Assembly: GCA_963933835.1 (NCBI GenBank) | Contig: CAWVVV010000004.1 | Location: forward strand, 64,001-128,000 | Origin: an uncultured Puniceicoccaceae bacterium | GTDB lineage: Bacteria; Verrucomicrobiota; Verrucomicrobiia; Opitutales; Oceanipulchritudinaceae | DNA: 64,000 nucleotides | Direction of reading: 5' to 3' | Part shown: in pieces, positions 38,213 through 48,087 of the stretch | How the letters are laid out: the number at the start of each line of letters is the position of its first letter | Position numbering within the stretch: the stretch's first letter is position 1 | Translations under genes and position numbers: made by a program | The notes under the pieces: model-generated | Database searches by the model: none | Told to the model about the DNA's origin: nothing | The model's input: the letters and a program-made list of their open reading frames with translations, nothing else

Positions 38213-39613
38213 ATGGATCGTGTTCGTGTTCGATTTGCCCCGAGTCCAACGGGTTTCTTTCATATTGGGAGTGCCCGCACGGCACTCTTCAACTGGCTTT
38301 ATGCAAAACACTTTGAAGGCGATTTCGTTCTGCGTATCGAAGACACTGATGCGGAGCGCAATGATGAAGCTTTTGTTGAACTGATTTACGAGAGTATGCG
38401 CTGGCTAGGGCTGAATTGGGATGAAGGTCCTGATATTGGCGGCCCTTTTGCTCCCTACCGGCAAAGCGAGCGAGGCGCTATCTATCTTGAATGGCTTGCG
38501 AAACTCGAGAGTGCGGGACGCGTCTACGAGAAAGACGGCGCAAAATGGTTTCGCCTCGAAGGGGAGCGATACACGGAGTACGATAGCTACCACGAAGCTG
38601 AAGTTGAAAAGGTTAAGACCGCGCCCGTTGTCATTGATGATCTCATTCGTGGCAAAGTGGAGCGCCACGAAGAGCGCGACTTCGTTATCATGCGTGCCGA
38701 TGGAAGCCCGACCTTTCACTTCGTGAACGTCGTCGATGATATTACGATGGAGATCACTCACGTTGTTCGGGGTGAAGATCATCTGAGTAACACAAGTAAA
38801 CACATCGAACTCTTTAATGCTTTTGGGGTAACGCCGCCGAAGTTCGCTCACTTGCCTCTGATTCTAAAGGACCCGTCGATGGGAAAGGGGAAAATGAGTA
38901 AACGTGATCGAGGTGCGCTCATTGAGGAATATCAGAAGCGCCACTTTTTGTCAGCTGGAGTTCGAAATGCGATCAGCTTGCTCGGTTGGTCGCCTAAAGA
39001 TGATTCGGAAGTGCTGGATATCGCCGATATTATCGAGCGCTTCGACCTCGCCGATGTGCAAAAGGGGGCTGCGCGCTTCGATGAAAAGAAGTTGGCTCAT
39101 ATAAATTTCGGGCATCTTAAGACGTTGCCACCGGAGACGTATGCTTGGCACGCGACGCCGGTCCTTGTCGAAGCCGGACTCGTTGATGACTCCAGCGAGG
39201 AGGATTACATCCAGAAGGTTCTCCGTCTCTGCCAAGAGAAGGTTAATGCACTCGAGAACTTACCTAGCTTTGCAGCCTACTTTTTCACCGATGCGTTTAA
39301 GGTGGATGAAAAGGTTGAAGCAAAACTGACGAAGAAAGGCCAACCTGCTGCCCGTGTCGCTGAAGCGCTTCCGTACCTTGAGGCTATCAGGGACTTGGAT
39401 TGGAACGTCGAACACCTCGACAGTGCCTTTGCTGCGCTTGCTCAGGCTCATGGCCAAGAGAAACCCTTTCAATGGTGGCCGTCGCTGCGTTTTGCGCTCA
39501 GTGGCGTGAGCTCAGGTCCTGACTTTCTTCCCATGCTTGAGGTGATGGGGCGTGAGCGTGTCCTATCTCGGTCGAAGGCGTTCTGTGCGAAAGATGAGGC
39601 AGACAGTGTATAG
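38213..39613 (+). CDS. gltX: Glutamate--tRNA ligase
   Basis: [33 protein letters not shown]. Confidence 0.96.
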   Translation: MDRVRVRFAPSPTGFFHIGSARTALFNWLYAKHFEGDFVLRIEDTDAERNDEAFVELIYESMRWLGLNWDEGPDIGGPFAPYRQSERGAIYLEWLAKLESAGRVYEKDGAKWFRLEGERYTEYDSYHEAEVEKVKTAPVVIDDLIRGKVERHEERDFVIMRADGSPTFHFVNVVDDITMEITHVVRGEDHLSNTSKHIELFNAFGVTPPKFAHLPLILKDPSMGKGKMSKRDRGALIEEYQKRHFLSAGVRNAISLLGWSPKDDSEVLDIADIIERFDLADVQKGAARFDEKKLAHINFGHLKTLPPETYAWHATPVLVEAGLVDDSSEEDYIQKVLRLCQEKVNALENLPSFAAYFFTDAFKVDEKVEAKLTKKGQPAARVAEALPYLEAIRDLDWNVEHLDSAFAALAQAHGQEKPFQWWPSLRFALSGVSSGPDFLPMLEVMGRERVLSRSKAFCAKDEADSV

Positions 39614-39691
39614 AATTTCATCAATGAGCGTCGCGTTTTCTCTTTCTTCGCTGAGCGCGAGGCGTCTCAATAGTCTTTTGTCCCAATATTA

Positions 39692-41359
39692 ATGGAAGAG
39701 AACACACCCAACCACTTTATCGCACAGGCGATCACTGAAGACCTCGCATCGGGGCGCAGCGAAAACATCCTCACTCGTTTTCCTCCGGAGCCGAATGGCT
39801 ATTTGCACATCGGGCATGCCAAGGCGATTTCGATCAGCTTCGAAATGGCGAAAGCTTTTGGCGGAAAAATGAATCTACGGATGGATGATACCAATCCGGA
39901 CAAGGAAGATGCGGAGTTCGTCGAGGCGATCCAAGAAGACATGCGCTGGCTCGGATACGACTGGGACCACTATTGCTACGCTTCGGACCATTTCGGAAAG
40001 CTCTACGGCTTCGCGCAGGATCTGGTTCGCAAAGGTCTCGCCTACGTCGATGATCAGAGTGGCGAGGAAATGAGCCACACGCGTGGGTCATTGACCGATG
40101 CTGGTCAGGACAGCCCATACCGCTCGCGTTCATCAGAGGAAAATCTCGATCTCTTAGCGCGGATGAGAGCAGGTGAGTTTGAAAACGGCGAAAAGGTGCT
40201 GCGGGCAAAGATCGATATGGCGAGCCCGAACCTAAATATGCGCGATCCTGTGCTCTACCGGGTAAAACGGGTTCACCATGATCGCACTGGAGACGACTGG
40301 CCGATCTATCCAACTTATGATTTTGCCCACGGTCAGAGCGATTCGATTGAGGGAATTACTCATTCACTGTGTTCTTTGGAGTTCGAAGACCACCGGCCGC
40401 TCTATGACTGGCTCATCGAGAAACTGGAAATCTTCCCGAGCCGACAAATTGAGTTCGCACGGCTGAGCCTGCCTTACACCGTGACTTCAAAGCGGAAGCT
40501 GCGGCAACTTGTTGAAGAAGGTCACGTTGATGGTTGGGACGACCCGAGAATGCCAACTTTGCGTGGCATGCGTCGACGTGGTTTCCGTCCTTCTGCCATT
40601 CATGCGTTTCTAGAACGAACGGGAGTGACTAAGTTTCCAGGCACGACTGAATACGAACTCCTCGAGTTCTGCGTTCGGCAAGACCTCGAGACCTCGGCAG
40701 ATCGCCGAATGGTCGTGCTGGATCCGCTAAAAGTTGTCATCAAGAACTTCACAGAAGGCGAAACGGAGTGGTATCCAGGTCCAAACCATCCAGCCGATGA
40801 GAGTCGGGGGACGCGTGATGTGCCATTGACGCGTGAAATCTATATCGACCGAGCTGATTTCATGGAGGATCCGCCGAAGAAATTTTTCCGCCTTGGGCCG
40901 GGTAGGGAAGTGCGCCTACGCTATGCGTGCTACATCACGTGCACAGATGTGGTGAAAGATGCAGAGGGCACGGTCACTGAACTCCATGCTGAATTTGATC
41001 CCGAGAGCCGCGGCGCTTCGACGCCGGATAATCGCAGAGTGAAGGGCACGATCCATTGGGTGTCAGCGACTGAGAATAGACCGGTCGAAGTGCGTCTCTA
41101 TGAGAAGCTGTTCTCAACGACGGATCCTGAGGATACAGGCGAGGGCGGTTCATTTCTTAAAAACCTGAACCCAGATAGCCTTAAAACGGTGCAGGCTTTT
41201 GGTGAACCGGCGATCGATAAAACTGAGGCGGGAGCCCCCATTCAATTCGAGCGAAAAGGCTACTTTGCCCTCGATGGGCAGAGCACGGATGAGCGCATTA
41301 TTTTGAATCGAACGGTCTCGCTGAAAGATAGTTGGAGTAAGAAACAGGCGGCCAAGTAA
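39692..41359 (+). CDS. glnS: Glutamine--tRNA ligase
   Basis: TRFPPEPNGYLHIGH, DDTNP, YPTYDF, CSLEF, SKRKL, WDDPRMPT, GTIHWVS, QFER.GYF. Confidence 0.97.
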   Translation: MEENTPNHFIAQAITEDLASGRSENILTRFPPEPNGYLHIGHAKAISISFEMAKAFGGKMNLRMDDTNPDKEDAEFVEAIQEDMRWLGYDWDHYCYASDHFGKLYGFAQDLVRKGLAYVDDQSGEEMSHTRGSLTDAGQDSPYRSRSSEENLDLLARMRAGEFENGEKVLRAKIDMASPNLNMRDPVLYRVKRVHHDRTGDDWPIYPTYDFAHGQSDSIEGITHSLCSLEFEDHRPLYDWLIEKLEIFPSRQIEFARLSLPYTVTSKRKLRQLVEEGHVDGWDDPRMPTLRGMRRRGFRPSAIHAFLERTGVTKFPGTTEYELLEFCVRQDLETSADRRMVVLDPLKVVIKNFTEGETEWYPGPNHPADESRGTRDVPLTREIYIDRADFMEDPPKKFFRLGPGREVRLRYACYITCTDVVKDAEGTVTELHAEFDPESRGASTPDNRRVKGTIHWVSATENRPVEVRLYEKLFSTTDPEDTGEGGSFLKNLNPDSLKTVQAFGEPAIDKTEAGAPIQFERKGYFALDGQSTDERIILNRTVSLKDSWSKKQAAK

Positions 41360-41464
41360 AGGCTTAGGAAGAAAAAGTCCCTTGAAACGCGCATTTTATG
41401 TGCTAAACCATTGACAGAGAGCTTTCGATTCGGCGTTTTAACCGATTTCCCAAAAACCCAGACC

Positions 41465-41590
41465 ATGAAAGTCGCAGCATCCCTTAAGTCGTTGAAAAAT
41501 CGTCACCCTGATTGCCAAGTCGTGCGCCGCAAAGGCCGCGTCTATGTAATCTGCAAAACAAACCCACGTTTCAAAGCCCGCCAAGGTTGA
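41465..41590 (+). CDS. rpmJ: 50S ribosomal protein L36, type B (zinc-independent); missing from the ORF track
   Basis: [41 protein letters not shown], 41 aa; lacks the CxxC and His zinc ligands. Confidence 0.96.
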   Translation: MKVAASLKSLKNRHPDCQVVRRKGRVYVICKTNPRFKARQG

Positions 41591-41626
41591 GGCTCATTGA
41601 AACTACCTAATTAAGGGATATATAAG

Positions 41627-41869
41627 ATGAAGAGTGATCTACACCCAAAACTGAATCCGGTCTGTTTCCGCGACGTTTCCTCTAGTAAAAACTTCCTCAC
41701 GATGGCTGCGATGAAGTCAGATCGCAAAGAAGAGATCGATGGGACGGAGTATTTTGTTGTCGTTCGTGACGTCACGATGGACTCACACCCTGCTTACACA
41801 GGTGAGAAGCGCTTCGTTGATGCCGCAGGACGCGTTGAGAAATTCCAAACGAAATTCCGTCGCCGCTAA
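41627..41869 (+). CDS. rpmE2: 50S ribosomal protein L31, type B (zinc-independent)
   Basis: MK.DLHP, V.F.D, SHP.YTG..RFVD.AGRVEKF; no CxxC pairs. Confidence 0.93.
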   Translation: MKSDLHPKLNPVCFRDVSSSKNFLTMAAMKSDRKEEIDGTEYFVVVRDVTMDSHPAYTGEKRFVDAAGRVEKFQTKFRRR

Positions 41870-41898
41870 ATTCAGTTCGCGAAATAATTTTTAAGTAG

Positions 41899-41932
41899 AA
41901 GGCCCGGATCTAGCATCCGGGCCTTTTTTTTT
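41899..41932 (+). terminator. Intrinsic terminator after L36-L31
   Basis: 11-bp stem aaggcccggat/atccgggcctt followed by a T-run. Confidence 0.9.
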
Positions 41933-42009
41933 GTCTCCGTAGTGCCATTGTCACTTGCTAGGCAGGTTGGAGCGTTTGAAACTACCTCTTCTCACTCCGT
42001 ATTCCCCCT

Positions 42010-43593
42010 ATGACTCTTCAACTACGCTCATTTCTATACCTATTCTTGGCGCTCGGCCTTCTCACGACCTCCGCCTTTGCGGCAGGGGGTGGTCACGGTG
42101 GTGAGTCAGATAGTGTGAAACTTCCGCACTCGATCATTGATTACGATGCTGAAGAGATAGCCCATGGAATCGACAGTTTAGGTGCGAAACTCGCGCACCG
42201 GATAGAGGCGGATCCCTTTAATCTGATCGCGGCGATTATCTTCGGATTGGCGATCTTACACACTTTTGTCTCAGGGCCACTCCGCAATCTCTCGCACAAG
42301 ATGGAGCATGATCATGCCGAGGCGATGAAAGCGAAATACCTTCCGGAGGGGAAGCCGGAGAAGGCGGCTCAACATCACACCTCATTTAAGGCGACCGTGG
42401 TTCACTTCCTAGGAGAAATTGAGGCAATTTTTGGGATTTGGTGTCTGCCGCTGATCCTCGCAATGCTCTTCACCTACGATTGGGGCACCGTAACCAATTA
42501 CTTCGATAATTCGGTGAACTACACTGAGCCAATGTTTGTTGTCGTGATCATGGCGATGGCTTCGACCCGGCCGATTTTGAAGTTTGCTGAGATTGTCCTT
42601 GGCGGCGTCGCTGGTATTGGAGGTCGTTCTCCCGCTGCCTGGTGTCTTTCCATCCTCATCATAGCCCCGCTTTTGGGGTCATTCATTACTGAACCAGCTG
42701 CGATGACAATCGCTGCACTGCTATTGGCTCAGCAGTTCTACCGCTATGATCCTCCGGCGAAGTTCAAGTATGCGACGCTTGGTCTGCTCTTCGTAAATAT
42801 CTCGGTCGGCGGAACGCTGACACACTTTGCGGCTCCACCCGTCCTGATGGTGGCTGGAAAGTTTGAGTACGATATCGTCTATATGTTTATGCATTTCGGT
42901 CTGAAGGCTATGGCCGGGATTGTGATCGCGACGTCGGTCTACTTCCTTGCCTTTAAGTCGGAGTTTAAGAAGCTCGCTGAGAAGGCTAAAGCAGGCGAGG
43001 GCGCTTCTTTAGAAGACGATGAGCCCGTGCCAGCATGGGTAACTTTGGTAATCATGTGCTTCATGGGTTGGACGGTCTTTACGCTCCATCACCCTGCGCT
43101 CTTTATCGGTGGCTTCCTTGTCTTCATCGCTTTCGTCATCGCGACGAGCACGCACCAAGACAAGGTCAGTCTAAAGGGTCCGATATTGGTCGGATTCTTC
43201 CTCGCAGGATTAGTGACCCATGGCGGACTCCAAGGCTGGTGGATTGCTCCGGTTCTAAGCAGTTTGGGTCAACTCCCGCTCTTCGTTGGAGCGACGCTAC
43301 TGACAGCGGTTAACGACAATGCCGCTATCACGTATCTGGCCTCACTTGTGCCCGCCTTTGATCACCTCAACGCATTGGATCCAGCGCTGGCCCGTCAGCT
43401 CCAGTATTCGGTTGTCTCCGGTGCTGTTGTGGGCGGTGGCTTAACTGTCATCGCGAATGCACCAAACCCTGCTGGACAGTCCATTCTGCAAAAACACTTT
43501 GGGACGAGCGGTGTCTCCCCTCTGGGTCTTCTTATCGGTGCCGCCATTCCGACGATCATTATGGCCCTCTGCTTTCTGCTTTTGCCGCATTGA
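42010..43593 (+). CDS. Putative Na+/H+ antiporter (DUF1504-like, IT superfamily)
   Basis: Many TM helices; LGEIEAIFG.W, GSFITEPAAMT, NISVGGTLTHFAAPP, DNAAITYL, GGGLTVIANAPNPAG. Confidence 0.82.
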   Translation: MTLQLRSFLYLFLALGLLTTSAFAAGGGHGGESDSVKLPHSIIDYDAEEIAHGIDSLGAKLAHRIEADPFNLIAAIIFGLAILHTFVSGPLRNLSHKMEHDHAEAMKAKYLPEGKPEKAAQHHTSFKATVVHFLGEIEAIFGIWCLPLILAMLFTYDWGTVTNYFDNSVNYTEPMFVVVIMAMASTRPILKFAEIVLGGVAGIGGRSPAAWCLSILIIAPLLGSFITEPAAMTIAALLLAQQFYRYDPPAKFKYATLGLLFVNISVGGTLTHFAAPPVLMVAGKFEYDIVYMFMHFGLKAMAGIVIATSVYFLAFKSEFKKLAEKAKAGEGASLEDDEPVPAWVTLVIMCFMGWTVFTLHHPALFIGGFLVFIAFVIATSTHQDKVSLKGPILVGFFLAGLVTHGGLQGWWIAPVLSSLGQLPLFVGATLLTAVNDNAAITYLASLVPAFDHLNALDPALARQLQYSVVSGAVVGGGLTVIANAPNPAGQSILQKHFGTSGVSPLGLLIGAAIPTIIMALCFLLLPH

Positions 43594-43751
43594 TAGCGCC
43601 CTAGATGATAATGAAGCGCCGCATCTGACGGCACCTTGCTTCTATTCCAGGGAATTTTTCAGGCAGTGACCGCATCAAGCAGTTACTGCCTGTTCATTTC
43701 AAAAACGGAGATGACACCGTTGCTACCCGAGACCACTAATGATATCCACCG

Positions 43752-44327
43752 ATGAAGCACAAAATGAGTTCTAAGCCCGTCCTTGCTCTACTAGCCGTAG
43801 CTATCACTTCCTATTTCACGCTCGTCAGTTTTGCTTCTGATGAAGCCAAAGATCCAAATTCTAAGCCTATGAAAGAATTAGCAGCATCCCCAGAAATTGT
43901 TGAGGATCCAGACGCCCTGACTTCGGAAGACTGGAAGGAGAAATTGTCCCCAGAGCAGCATCGCATTTTGTGTGGTGCAGGGACTGAGCGCCCGAATGGT
44001 GAGGTGTATAAGCAGTTCAAGTCACAGTCTGATGGCGAGTACTACTGCGCTGGGTGTGGAACCCACCTTTTCTCATCCGAGCATAAGTTTGATAGCCACT
44101 GCGGATGGCCCTCGTTTTATGACCCCGCAAAAATTGAGAGTGTGCGAATGAACGTGGATACTAGCCTCGGCATGCGCAGGGTGGAGGTCGTGTGCGCTCA
44201 GTGTGATGGCCATTTGGGTCACCTTTTTGAGGGCGAAGGGCATAGCACGCCGACCGACAAGAGATTTTGCATCAACGGATCCGTTTTGGAGTTCGTGCCT
44301 AATTCGCCAGCTAGCAGCCAAGAATAA
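43752..44327 (+). CDS. msrB: Peptide-methionine (R)-S-oxide reductase with signal peptide
   Basis: GTERP, CAGC, KFDSHCGWPSF, CAQC.GHLGH.F, RFCING; hydrophobic N-terminus ending in SFA. Confidence 0.95.
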   Translation: MKHKMSSKPVLALLAVAITSYFTLVSFASDEAKDPNSKPMKELAASPEIVEDPDALTSEDWKEKLSPEQHRILCGAGTERPNGEVYKQFKSQSDGEYYCAGCGTHLFSSEHKFDSHCGWPSFYDPAKIESVRMNVDTSLGMRRVEVVCAQCDGHLGHLFEGEGHSTPTDKRFCINGSVLEFVPNSPASSQE

Positions 44328-44391
44328 GCACCTAGCCAATATGGGAGTGCTCTCGTTCGCTTCCACATCATAGCTCATAGCCTTTGGGTAT

Positions 44392-44425
44392 AAAAAAAAA
44401 GAGCCACCGGAAACCGGTGACTCTT
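44392..44425 (-). terminator. Intrinsic terminator downstream of hpf
   Basis: Stem gagccaccgg/ccggtgactc (one G-U pair on the minus strand) with a 9-nt T-run on the minus strand. Confidence 0.85.
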
Positions 44426-44456
44426 CTCGAGAGCTAAACACTGGACTAAGTAAATT

Positions 44457-44834
44457 TTAGGCTGATGCGGATACTTTCGGCAAATTAGACGGAATTTCTA
44501 CCGCATGAGTCTGCTTCCGTTTGACGACTCTCAGACGAGACCGGCGACGAAGCATGCGATCTAGCTTATTTTCTAGAACATCAATCGACTTGTAGAGGTC
44601 CTCCGTCGTCACGGTTGCGACGAGAGCTGGTCCCCGGATTTCGATATGCCCCTTTGCTGTAAACTGGGCTTCGCTTCTTTTCGGATTTTGATCACTGAGA
44701 TCTATTCGAAGGCGGACGATTTCAGTTTCGTGGCTAAACAACTTATGCATCTTTTCGTGCACGATGTGTTTAAGAGAGTCAGTGAGTTCGAGGTGTGTTC
44801 CTGATAGGATGATGTCGTCTCTATTGTCTTTCAT
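44457..44834 (-). CDS. hpf: Ribosome hibernation promoting factor (RaiA/HPF, short form)
   Basis: I.LSG.HLELTDSL, EK..KL, DLYKSID...KLDR.LR. Confidence 0.9.
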   Translation of the reverse strand: MKDNRDDIILSGTHLELTDSLKHIVHEKMHKLFSHETEIVRLRIDLSDQNPKRSEAQFTAKGHIEIRGPALVATVTTEDLYKSIDVLENKLDRMLRRRSRLRVVKRKQTHAVEIPSNLPKVSASA

Positions 44835-44883
44835 ATATCGCTGCTTTTATTGGACTTTTTGTTGATAGATCAGCTATTGCCTC

Positions 44884-44957
44884 AAGCGTAAGCGAGGTAG
44901 CCGACCTGTTGAGAAATCTTAAGGGAGGTCGGAAGTGAATGACCTTCGCTATCGCTC
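44884..44957 (-). ncRNA. Candidate structured leader RNA upstream of hpf
   Basis: Four nested helices totalling 20 bp: GAGCG/CGCUU, AGCGA/UCGCU, GGU/ACC, CCGACCU/AGGUCGG. Confidence 0.45.
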
Positions 44958-45028
44958 ATGGATGGCATAATGCGTTCCACAGGCGGCCAAAGGTTGCGTC
45001 CGCAGATATGAGGCGGAAGATGCCCCTT

Positions 45029-45850
45029 ATGCCTTGGAGTGAAACTATACTGAGCTTTAAAACTGTAATCATTACAGGAGGCTCATCGGGTATAGGCGCA
45101 GAACTCATTAACACTTTAGCCAAGCTAAGGAGTAAATCGTCTATAATCAACCTTTCTCGAACAAAACCGCATATTTTTGCCGAATCCTTTACGGTAGAGC
45201 ATATTCCAACGGATCTTTCTGATCCCGAATCTTTGGCTGCAGCTGCGGTCGCGGTTGAGAAACGCATTGAGGCGTCAGACGAGGGCCCAATCTTGCTCAT
45301 CAACAACTCTGGCTTTGGAAATCATGGCCAGTTCGCTAGCGCCGGGCAGGATGAAGTCGGCATGGTACACGTGAATGCTCTTGCGGTTGTGGATCTGACT
45401 CAGCGCCTCCTCCCATCGATTAAAAAGCGTGGGGGCTGGATTATGACGATTTCGTCAGTTGCTGGATTCCAACCGACACCGTATCTCGCCACTTATGGGG
45501 CGGCGAAGGCCTTTGTCATGCATTGGAGCTTGGCGCTGAATGAGGAACTACGGGGTACTGGAGTAAGAACGCTAGCCGTCTGCCCAGGGCCAACGAAAAG
45601 CTCGTTCTTTCGCCGTGCTGGCTTCGATGAGTCGCCCGATGTTGTGCGTGGGCAACTTCCGGAAGAGGTGGCACTCGAAGCCTACAAAGCACTTCACAAA
45701 GGAAAGTCACTCGTCGTCACTGGGGGCAGGAACAAGTTGATGGCATTCATGACGCATTTCTTTTCAAAGGCATTCATTGCTCGGATCGCTCGTAAGCTCA
45801 TGCAGCGATTTCGTCTTGAGGCTAAAACGAGGGCACAACTTGGCGCCTGA
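45029..45850 (+). CDS. Short-chain dehydrogenase/reductase
   Basis: ITGGSSGIG, LINNSG, Y.AAK, CPGPT.S.F. Start chosen from TTGCGT 35 nt upstream. Confidence 0.92.
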   Translation: MPWSETILSFKTVIITGGSSGIGAELINTLAKLRSKSSIINLSRTKPHIFAESFTVEHIPTDLSDPESLAAAAVAVEKRIEASDEGPILLINNSGFGNHGQFASAGQDEVGMVHVNALAVVDLTQRLLPSIKKRGGWIMTISSVAGFQPTPYLATYGAAKAFVMHWSLALNEELRGTGVRTLAVCPGPTKSSFFRRAGFDESPDVVRGQLPEEVALEAYKALHKGKSLVVTGGRNKLMAFMTHFFSKAFIARIARKLMQRFRLEAKTRAQLGA

Positions 45851-46682
45851 AGAAGAACCTGATGGCTTTGGAGCAGAGCCCCTGGATGTCACCGAACGTC
45901 AGCTGAGAAGTTGGATAATTGAAGATACCGATGACGCCGTGGTGCTGAGTAAACCAGGCTGGGTTGTCTGCCATCCTTCGAAGCGAGGTCCGTTTTCTAG
46001 TTTAGTTGGGGCTGCTCGTGAAGTTCTCGGCCTAGAGAGGGTCCACCTCGTGAGTCGACTTGATCGCGAAACGAGTGGACTTGTGATACTTGCCCGTCAT
46101 CGGGCGATGGCTAGTCGGTTACAGACTGCGCTGAGTCAGCGTCGTGTTCAAAAGCGCTACACCGCGATCGTCCATGGGCGAATGGAATCAAGGGTCGAGG
46201 TCAGTCAGGCAATCGGGCCCGATGTTGATTCGGAAGTTGTCGTTAAACAATGCGTGAACTCACAAGTAGACTCTCAAAAGGCGCAGACGAGTTTCATACC
46301 ACTGAAGTTTAAAGGAGACTATACGCTCGTCGAGGTTGTCCCACATACGGGGCGAAAGCACCAGATACGTGTGCATGCGCAATGGCTTGGGCATCCGATT
46401 TCGGGTGATAAGCTGTATGGACCAGATCCACTCTTGTATTTGGATTTTGTTACGAATGGATGGACAGAAAAACACGAACAAGCCTTGCCAATAAAACGAC
46501 AGGCATTGCACGCCGGCGACCTCGTGTTTGAAACACCTGAAGGAGACTTTCACTGGAGTGCTCCATTGCCACCGGATATGGTTGAGCTCTGGGAATCAAT
46601 CAAAGGGGACGAAAGCCGCCCTCCAGCGCGATCTGGCTCAAGGCGTCGACGGCAGCCACCTGAGCAGAAATCCGATTTGTAA
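45840..46682 (+). CDS. RluA-family pseudouridine synthase
   Basis: KPG..VCHP, SRLDRETSG, TGRKHQIRVH, GD.LYG, RQALHA. TTG start inferred. Confidence 0.92.
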   Translation: MAPEEEPDGFGAEPLDVTERQLRSWIIEDTDDAVVLSKPGWVVCHPSKRGPFSSLVGAAREVLGLERVHLVSRLDRETSGLVILARHRAMASRLQTALSQRRVQKRYTAIVHGRMESRVEVSQAIGPDVDSEVVVKQCVNSQVDSQKAQTSFIPLKFKGDYTLVEVVPHTGRKHQIRVHAQWLGHPISGDKLYGPDPLLYLDFVTNGWTEKHEQALPIKRQALHAGDLVFETPEGDFHWSAPLPPDMVELWESIKGDESRPPARSGSRRRRQPPEQKSDL

Positions 46683-47070
46683 TGGATTTCTGGGACGGTG
46701 TCTCAAGAGTGTAACACCATGGCGCGTGATCGAAGTAGAGCTTTAGAGCCTCGGGTAGATCGTCGCGGTCTTTGTCTAGCTCATCCCTGGATGGCAACAT
46801 GAGTCCATTATCATTAGGCATTTCATCAATTTCTTGGCGTTTTTCGATACCGGTGAAGGGTTGCATCGCCTCCAAAAATCGCTGCGCATTTGACAAGGAT
46901 TCACCTGGCTTCAGTTCAAAGAGATAGGCCCCTTCGGTTTCATAGTCTTCGTGCATGCACGCGGCCGCAGTAAATGTTTGCTCCCCAAGCCATTTGAGAT
47001 GGTTACGCACTTCGGTAGTTTGAGGACTCGTGCCGTAGTCCCGGTTGAGATCAACCCCGTCCTTGTTTTC
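46600..47070 (-). pseudogene. 3' fragment of an M14 metallocarboxypeptidase-family gene
   Basis: ENKDGVDLNRDY, MHEDYE, YTLETPS present. The N-terminal HxxE zinc motif and true start are absent. Confidence 0.78.
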
Positions 47071-47533
47071 AGCACGTTGCACACAAACGATGCACCTAGC
47101 GCAGTTTCGCGTCTTATTGATCTGGGAGCTAAGTCATTTCTGGTCTCAACGGCGTTGCGAGCGGTAATGGCCCAGCGCTTGATAAGACTGATTTGCCCAG
47201 AATGTAGAGAATCCTATACGCCCGAAGCGTTGGAATTGAAGGCGTTGGGCTTTGCTGAGTCGATCGGTGGGGACCAAGCCTTGGCGCGGGGTAGGGGTTG
47301 CGCTCATTGTGGCGGAACTGGCTATCGAGGACGTCGAGGGATCTACGAGTTATTTCAAGATCGATGAAGCGCTTGAAGGGCTCATCTACGAGAACGCGTC
47401 GCTTCTCGAGTTACGCCAACAGGCGCGCGACCAAGGAATGCGAACTCTGCGCGAGGACGGATTGCGAAAGGTTTTGGCGGGCTGGACGACTTTGTCCGAG
47501 GTGCTCGCGGTGACGGTCGGCGATGCCGATTAA
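47062..47533 (+). pseudogene. 3' fragment of a GspE/PilB ATPase gene, also frameshifted
   Basis: LVFSTLHTNDAPSA, AQRLIR.ICPEC, GCAHCGGTGYRGR.GIYE; after a shift at about 47353-47355, GMRTLREDGLRKV..G.TTL.EV. No Walker A/B. Confidence 0.88.
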
Positions 47534-47540
47534 GGAAGGG

Positions 47541-48017
47541 CTATGGGTTCCGAGCGTATAAGTCGGCGATGATCTGCTTTAAGGCTTTGTGATTCTGGAT
47601 GCTCCAATTCTGGGTCCAACCTGGAGCGTAATTTTCGTCTGCAGAACGCAGCGTCAGCAAATAGGTCCTTTCGGCTTTGGACTTTTCCTCAACTTCGCTC
47701 GCACCGGTAGCCCCGCCAGGGCGACTCAGAAAGAGCTGGATCATCGGCGTTTTGGTTCCATCTAAATCAGTGTCCGGGTCACGCTTGACATAGAGACTAA
47801 GGCTCGTGCCGTTGGCATCCTTCAGTCGGAGATGGGCTTGCCCTTTGCCAGCGTCTCTAGGGTTGCCTGGGTCTTCAATCTGTGGAGCGGTGTATTCAAC
47901 GAGGTGAATCGGTGCCACTAGTCCGTTCGCAAGCTTTGTGCCATCTGGGACGACACGAAGGATTTGCTGCCCAATGACGATGGAGGTTAATAAACAGAGG
48001 GTAAGCAGATGTCGCAT
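47541..48017 (-). CDS. Hypothetical secreted protein
   Basis: 158 aa from MRHLLTLCLLTS (signal-like); no recognised motif. Confidence 0.65.
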   Translation of the reverse strand: MRHLLTLCLLTSIVIGQQILRVVPDGTKLANGLVAPIHLVEYTAPQIEDPGNPRDAGKGQAHLRLKDANGTSLSLYVKRDPDTDLDGTKTPMIQLFLSRPGGATGASEVEEKSKAERTYLLTLRSADENYAPGWTQNWSIQNHKALKQIIADLYARNP

Positions 48018-48087
48018 GGTATTATGATGTGTGACGCGTAACTCTATAGCAACGTTCGATTGGGACGATTTCTTAAGGGGAAATCGA

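Noticed and set aside
38213..41359. Adjacent gltX and glnS as a novel system
   Set aside because: Both are canonical and simply indicate direct Gln-tRNA formation.
43660..43692. Hairpin caggcagtgac/gttactgcctg upstream of msrB as a riboswitch
   Set aside because: A single stem with no recognisable aptamer features.
46600..46682. 83-bp convergent overlap of the RluA-family gene and the M14 fragment as a regulatory feature
   Set aside because: The overlapping tail looks like non-conserved read-on, and the partner gene is a pseudogene.
46951..47367. 138-aa ORF as a real novel fusion protein
   Set aside because: Its first 37 codons are antisense M14 sequence; only the part after 47062 is GspE-derived.
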